A stretch of 32,000 bases of DNA from an uncultured Pseudomonadales bacterium (GTDB lineage: Bacteria > Pseudomonadota > Gammaproteobacteria > Pseudomonadales > Azotimanducaceae). The notes beneath the pieces were generated by a model. That model did no database searches. It had not been told where the DNA came from and was given only the letters and a program-made list of their open reading frames with translations. The DNA lies in contig OY282447.1 in NCBI GenBank assembly GCA_958296165.1, positions 3,601,154 through 3,633,153 of the forward strand, in the 5' to 3' direction. This document shows positions 27,556 through 32,000 of the stretch, piece by piece; within the stretch, counting starts at the first letter, position 1; every line of letters begins with the position of its first letter. The position numbers and the translations under genes are program-made.

Positions 27556-28068
27556 ATGAGCGACCAACACGAACTCAGCACATTGATAGACGCAGCCTCA
27601 CAGCTCTTGAGTACCAATATAGAGAACGGCGAGTACGATGACATCGGACCAACCAGACTCGGCGTCGAGATCGATTTACGCGGCAAAATCAGAGCGTTAG
27701 CTCAACAGTCTTTTGGCAGGTGGTCCTTGCCCGCCTCAGCCGATGCATGCATATTCGTGTGTGCGTATCTGCTAGCCGATAAAGTCGTTTCGCGCCAACG
27801 CCGCCAAGAGGTGGTGAAACGCGACGAAGCCGCCAAGGCACCCCATGAGAGCGAAGAACTCGTCGAACTGACAAGCCGTCTGCTACTTGCCCTTTGCTTA
27901 TGGAATGAAGAGATGGGCATATCGCTCTTCGCTTTGGAGCGCATCGAGGGCCTTCGACCGTTGATCGAGTACATGCGGGACGAGAGGGAGAGCCACGGTT
28001 CGTCGCAAGAACTGCGGCGCTCCATGCAGCGATCCGAGGCCGGCGACGGCCCGGCAATCGAGTCTTGA
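27556..28068 (+). CDS. Hypothetical 170-aa protein
   Basis: AAGGAGG at 27544-27550, 5 nt before ATG 27556. MSDQHELSTLIDAASQLL...; lower GC than its surroundings. The upstream part of ORF-track entry 27235-28068 is probably not translated. Confidence 0.6.
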   Translation: MSDQHELSTLIDAASQLLSTNIENGEYDDIGPTRLGVEIDLRGKIRALAQQSFGRWSLPASADACIFVCAYLLADKVVSRQRRQEVVKRDEAAKAPHESEELVELTSRLLLALCLWNEEMGISLFALERIEGLRPLIEYMRDERESHGSSQELRRSMQRSEAGDGPAIES

Positions 28069-28253
28069 CCGTGCCGACGATGGCCAGCGGTCCAGCGCCG
28101 GCGCCGTCGCCACCGACTCGTCCGACGACGCGCGCCAGCGCAGGCCGCCGGGACCGCCGTCGCCTAGGCGGGTCAGCGGCGCCTCCGCCGTCAGTTCGTT
28201 CGCCGTTCGGCTCGTGTTGCAACGCGAAAACTGGTGTTGCAACGCGAACCTCT

Positions 28254-28302
28254 GCGGCAGAGTGGGCATGCGCTCACTCTACCACCCGGATTCGGCGGGG
28301 GG
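28254..28302. repeat. 49-bp repeat copy 2 (orphan mob 5' end and hairpin)
   Basis: GCGGCAGAGTGGGCATGCGCTCACTCTACCACCCGGATTCGGCGGGGGG. On the minus strand it is followed only by MPTLPQRF (compare MPTLLHRF of mob). It is preceded by two 15-bp direct repeats GTGTTGCAACGCGAA at 28214-28228 and 28234-28248. Confidence 0.8.
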
Positions 28303-28639
28303 GGCAGCGGGAGACGCCGTCGCCGACGGCGACGGCGTCTCCCAAGGGGTGCGCAGCACCGGGCGGGCGGGGCGGTCAGAATTAACCGGTCAGCTCGAAA
28401 ACAAGCCAACCAACGACACTATTACGGGCGATGGATCGGTGCCACGCTCGGCTTGCCTAGGGAGTCCGCCAGCAGTTCGTCATCAAGCGATTCGAGCGTA
28501 GCGCCGCGCTCATCTAGCCGGCCCTGCAAGCGCCGTAGGTGGCTTGCGTAGCAGGAGGCACTGCGTGACGAGATTGTGGCGTAGATTAGCGAGAGTGAGT
28601 TCAGCGCGGGCACGGCGCGACAGGAATTCTAGGGTTAGG

Positions 28640-29178
28640 CGGAACGCACGCGCCAATATGCCTTGACGGGAGCGCGGTTCGCCAAGGAGCCTCTCGCGTT
28701 CCTTGCGGCCACCTCCGCCAGACGGCGAATCCGCCCTGTCGAGCGGCTACGAGAAGCTGAACCCGCAGACCGAGCAGCTGGGCTTGCAGGTGCCGTCGCA
28801 ACACGATCGCGGCGCCACGAGACGGGGCCTGGGGTCGCTGACGCTTCGGTCGATCGAGTCGGTCGCCGTCGTGCGGGGTTGTCCACGCTTTGTCCACGGC
28901 TCCGTCCCGATTGAACTGGAGCGGGACTTCGCAGACTAATGGCCTGCCGAGAACGAGCGTACGGGAACTGGTATCGGGGTGCGCGTCGGTGCCGATAGTG
29001 CCTTCGGCGGGTACAAGGTGGGCATGGCCGTGGGAAGCCCGCGAAGTGTCCCGCTCACGGGGGACGACCGTTCGCAATTGCGTACGACGTGCTGGACCTC
29101 ACGCTGCCCGTGCGACCTCGATCCCCTTCCCTGCCTGCACAACGACTCGATCCGCGCCCATTGCGCGTCGCTCGGCAT
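28640..29178 (-). mobile_element. Decayed IS5-family (DUF4096-type N-terminus) transposase pseudogene
   Basis: MPSDAQWARIESL..GRGSRSHGQREVQHVV..LRGLP resembles the remembered IS5-group N-terminus (MxDxQWxxIEPLLP..GRPR......WRxLP). The remainder is spread over several frames. Confidence 0.4.
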
Positions 29179-29263
29179 CCAACGGTCAGCCCGCATCGCC
29201 ATCTTTTGCCTCCTTGCGTCTTCCGCTCCCTCCATGGGCACTTTTCGACCCGAATTGTCGCGC

Positions 29264-29791
29264 CTAGTACTTTGGTTTCCCTGCTAGTTGAAGTGCCGCC
29301 TCCAACAGTTTTCGATAATATTCGTCAGCGTTAGATGTACCTAAATGACCTAAATGCTGGAACTTTACACTTGTCATTTCCTGCTGATACCACTCCTTAC
29401 GGTCGTGTGCACCACTTCCGTGATACCGGAAGCGATGCATGATGGACGCCCCTGTTTCTCCAACATACAGTAAACAATCGTTGGCATCGTACGCAGCATA
29501 TACATAGGAACCTTCGTTACTTATTGGGGTTTTTTGCGCCCTGTTAGGCTCCCTCTCAATGTCGTCCTTCGTTACCGTGCTAGCGGTCCCCATAAAGTTA
29601 CGAAGGACACGTTCGGCGAATTGACAGGCTTCTTTGTACAAGCCGTCCGCCGACGATGACGGCGATTCCCTCGCCGGGACAGGCTGAAAATGCGACTCCG
29701 TCGCCGGGACAGGCTGAAAATGCGACTCCGTCGCCGGGACAGGCTGAAAATGCGACTCCGTCGCCGGGACAGGCCGAAATGTCCTGCTCAT
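29264..29791 (-). CDS. GIY-YIG nuclease family protein with an N-terminal decapeptide repeat
   Basis: SYVYAAYDANDCLLYVGETGASIMHRFRYH...YYRKLLEAAL...KPKY fits the GIY-(10)-YVG..R..H..E pattern. GAGGA lies 9 nt upstream of the ATG. Its N-terminus is FRPVPATESH, then FQPVPATESH three times, then FQPVPARESP. It sits in a low-GC cassette. Confidence 0.7.
   Translation of the reverse strand: MSRTFRPVPATESHFQPVPATESHFQPVPATESHFQPVPARESPSSSADGLYKEACQFAERVLRNFMGTASTVTKDDIEREPNRAQKTPISNEGSYVYAAYDANDCLLYVGETGASIMHRFRYHGSGAHDRKEWYQQEMTSVKFQHLGHLGTSNADEYYRKLLEAALQLAGKPKY
29661..29776. repeat. 30-bp tandem repeat (3 perfect units at 29671-29760 plus partial units on each side)
   Basis: The unit CGCCGGGACAGGCTGAAAATGCGACTCCGT is repeated head to tail, in frame within the 5' end of the GIY-YIG gene. 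Confidence 0.95.
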
Positions 29792-29948
29792 GGATATAGT
29801 CCTCGTGTTTGTTGGGCATATGAATATACATGCAGGTGCCTCTGCCGGCCAGCGTCAAATCTATCTGGGGTGTGCGACGTTCTGTGTGCCAGCCGTCAGG
29901 CGGCAATTGGCGGCGGCTTGTGCCGATGGCGCCATAGGTCGTCGTTAA

Positions 29949-30620
29949 CGTTCGCTGCGGACGCAGGAACGCAAGGCCATGACGTCGTTGGCACCGGCCT
30001 TGCTCCAGCGCATACCGGCGTGCATTCATGCGCCGGCCGACCGGCTGTTCGCCGTGGAAGGCAACGCCACGGAAACCTTGGACGACCGCACCACCTACTA
30101 GCTCCTGCACCGCAACGACTTCGGCATGGGCGCGGCACCTGCCGGTGCCTGCATCCTCTACGCCCTGTCCTGCAACGTCTCGGACGCCGACCTCGCCGGC
30201 CGCTTCGACCTGCTCGTGCGCGGCAACAAGGGCGAACCCGCCAGCACCGAGGACGAAGACGGCGAGCAATCGGCGCAGCCTTCCGCCACATCCGGCAGCG
30301 AAACACGCCTCAAGCCCTGGCACCGACGCACGGCGAAAGACCTCGGCGAAGCCACCGCCGACGGCAGCCCGCCAGCGCTTATCGACTGCGTCCACCGCCT
30401 GATGCGCCTGTGGAAGACCGGCGAGCAGAGCCGCGTTGACGCCTATCTTGAAGCCCAGGGCCTATGGCGCAACGAACTCTGCCGGCCGGTGGTGCAGGCC
30501 ATCCTGGAACTTGCTAGGCCGGGCACAGACGAGCGTGCTACGCTTGAATACATCCAAAATCACTTGGCGACCCACGGCGGAACGCCCATGCCGCGGCAGC
30601 GAACCCTGTTGGACGAATAG
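29949..30620 (+). pseudogene. C-terminal fragment of a large defence-type protein (tail resembles DUF1156-class methyltransferases, tentative), with an in-frame TAG
   Basis: The frame is open from 29949: ...ADRLFAVEGNATETLDDRTTY-TAG(30099-30101)-LLHRNDFGMGAAPAGACILYALSCNVSD...ALIDCVHRLMRLWKTGEQSRVDAYLEAQGLWRNEL...PGTDERATLEYIQNHL. It has no N-terminal part, and the upstream sequence is replaced by the GIY-YIG cassette. Confidence 0.35.
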
Positions 30621-30880
30621 GATTCATGTCGATCCCCACGACCTTTCGGCTACCACGGCGTCGGTGGGGACGAAGGTCTGGCGGCTCATGTGCATGTAGC
30701 CAAGGTACTCGCCAACACTCGAAACTGGCGCTTGCAGTTATTCATCAGAATTTCTGAAGTGAAGACGTTGGCGGTGGTGGATCGAGTGCTTACCGATACA
30801 ACCGGCAATGCGTTGTTGCGGCAACAAATGGACATAGCGGCCAGTTGGAACGCTTGATTGTTTCTCGCTGGTTACACGCG

Positions 30881-30973
30881 ACGAAGGGTTTTAGGGCACC
30901 AATATCGTGCAAGTCCGAACTTCAAGACTTAGCGGCTCCGCCAGCGTTTGCCGCAGTGCGACGCGGCGGCGTA
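30881..30973. repeat. 93-bp repeat, copy B
   Basis: Same sequence as 26901-26993 apart from two compensating 1-nt indels and one substitution. Same orientation. Confidence 0.85.
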
Positions 30974-31020
30974 GTCGCCGGGTTCGCGGACAGGACGCTG
31001 ATCCTCGGCGCGGCGCTGGC

Positions 31021-31506
31021 GATCTGCGCGGCGCGTTCCGGGACCCGGATGGCGACGCGCTGACGTACTGGGCGCGGTCGCTGAATCCGTCGGCGGTCGA
31101 GGCGACGGTGTTGGTGCCGAACTGCGGCTTCGGGCAGCGGGCATCGGGCCGGCCACCGTGTACGTGTACGCGAGGGATCCCGGCGGCCTGGTGGGGTCGC
31201 AGACGCTACGGACGAGGGTGGTGGACCGCGCGGCGCTGTCGGCGGACGACGCGCAGGCCCCGGAGGGCGGCGCGGCTGACGGTGCGGCTGTCGCCGGCGC
31301 GTTCGACGTCGACGCGGATCGTGTGGTCGCTGGCGCTCGACGCGGACGCGGCGACGGCGGACGCGGACGACCTGGCCGAGACGTCCGGCGAGGTTACGAT
31401 CCCGGCCGGGGTTGCGCAGGCGGAGATCGCGATCGAGATCGCCGACGACATGGACATCGAGCCGGCGCGGGAGTGGTTCGAGGTGTCGCTGTCGGCGCCG
31501 GACGGC
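31021..31506 (+). pseudogene. Cadherin-like/Calx-beta repeat surface-protein fragment with several frameshifts
   Basis: FRDPDGDALTYWARSLNPSAVEATV (frame a), VYVYARDPGGLVGSQTLRTRVV (frame b) and ADDLAETSGEVTIPAGVAQAEIAIEIADDMDIEPAREWFEVSLSAPDG (frame c). These are classic cadherin-like and Calx-beta motifs split over three frames. Confidence 0.55.
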
Positions 31507-32000
31507 TGCTGCGGGCCGGCGGCGCGGGCGCGGGTGACGGCGAACTGTCGCTGGAGGACAACCCCGGCGCGCCGTTCGCGCTGGCGGTCGAGAACCATGC
31601 TCACGCCGTAGCTCTCCACTTCATCCACGAGAGCCTCGATATCACGCCGGCGATGGAAGCTGGCATTCAAACTGAGCTACTACCCCTGGGGAACCGGTTG
31701 GCCAAGATGGTAGTCGACATCGCCACAGGCCAAGTGGGGATGGACCGCCCGAACCAGCGGACAGAGCGATCGGCGGTCATGCGCGAGCACGAAGCCTGAG
31801 CGGCGAGATCGCGGCCAAGGCCAGGGCTGGCCCGGTGGGCGGCGAAGGCAAGTCGAACTCGAACGCCGAAGGGCGCAAGCGGTGCGCCGTGGTACCGGAT
31901 CGTGTGGTAGGGTAGGCATATGAAAGACGAACGTACTGCTCCACGCCTCGTGATAAACGAGATGCCGAAGAAGAGCGTTGCACCATCTCAACCACCACCA

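Noticed and set aside
29598-30439. 265-aa minus-strand and 249-aa plus-strand ORFs across the GC-rich 29.8-30.4 kb stretch
   Set aside because: Both are extremely Arg/Pro/Gly/Ala-rich with no motifs. They overlap the frame that carries the recognisable protein tail, so they are shadow ORFs.
1-32000. tRNA, rRNA or att-site boundaries of the island
   Set aside because: I could not recognise any tRNA or rRNA-like sequence by eye, and no integrase gene is present. The island borders appear to lie outside the window.

Overview
High-GC, strongly mosaic bacterial defence island; all family names come from motif recognition by eye, not from searches. Left 13 kb: one co-directional operon with BREX type-3 hallmarks (BrxC/DUF6079-like C-terminus, PF01555-type methyltransferase resembling PglXI, PglZ, small BrxA-like ORF). 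It also carries an AlbA_2/Schlafen-like gene. Where type 3 BREX normally has the BrxHII helicase, it has a translationally coupled SIR2-HerA pair, and herA carries a 1-nt frameshift. Centre (14.3-20.8 kb), my top candidate for an undescribed system: a tightly coupled two-gene cassette. It encodes a 767-aa unknown protein (disordered N-terminus, Ig-like module, eL13-like basic tail) and a 1409-aa DEAH helicase with several Cys clusters and a C-terminal DUF1998 domain, a Druantia-III-like or DrmAB-like architecture. The cassette is bracketed by two complementary but inverted pieces of one IS110-family transposase gene. Right third: a gene graveyard (Mrr-like, DUF2779-like, IS5-like, Calx-beta/cadherin-like and methylase-tail fragments, plus a MobV relaxase). 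It holds one intact-looking minus-strand pair, a 422-aa protein plus an 859-aa RecD-like SF1 helicase with a C-terminal PD-(D/E)XK-like nuclease. That pair is flanked by 49-bp direct repeats carrying the mob 5' hairpin. The region also has a 93-bp repeat pair and a low-GC GIY-YIG gene with a 30-bp in-frame tandem repeat. I saw no rRNA, tRNA or CRISPR array.
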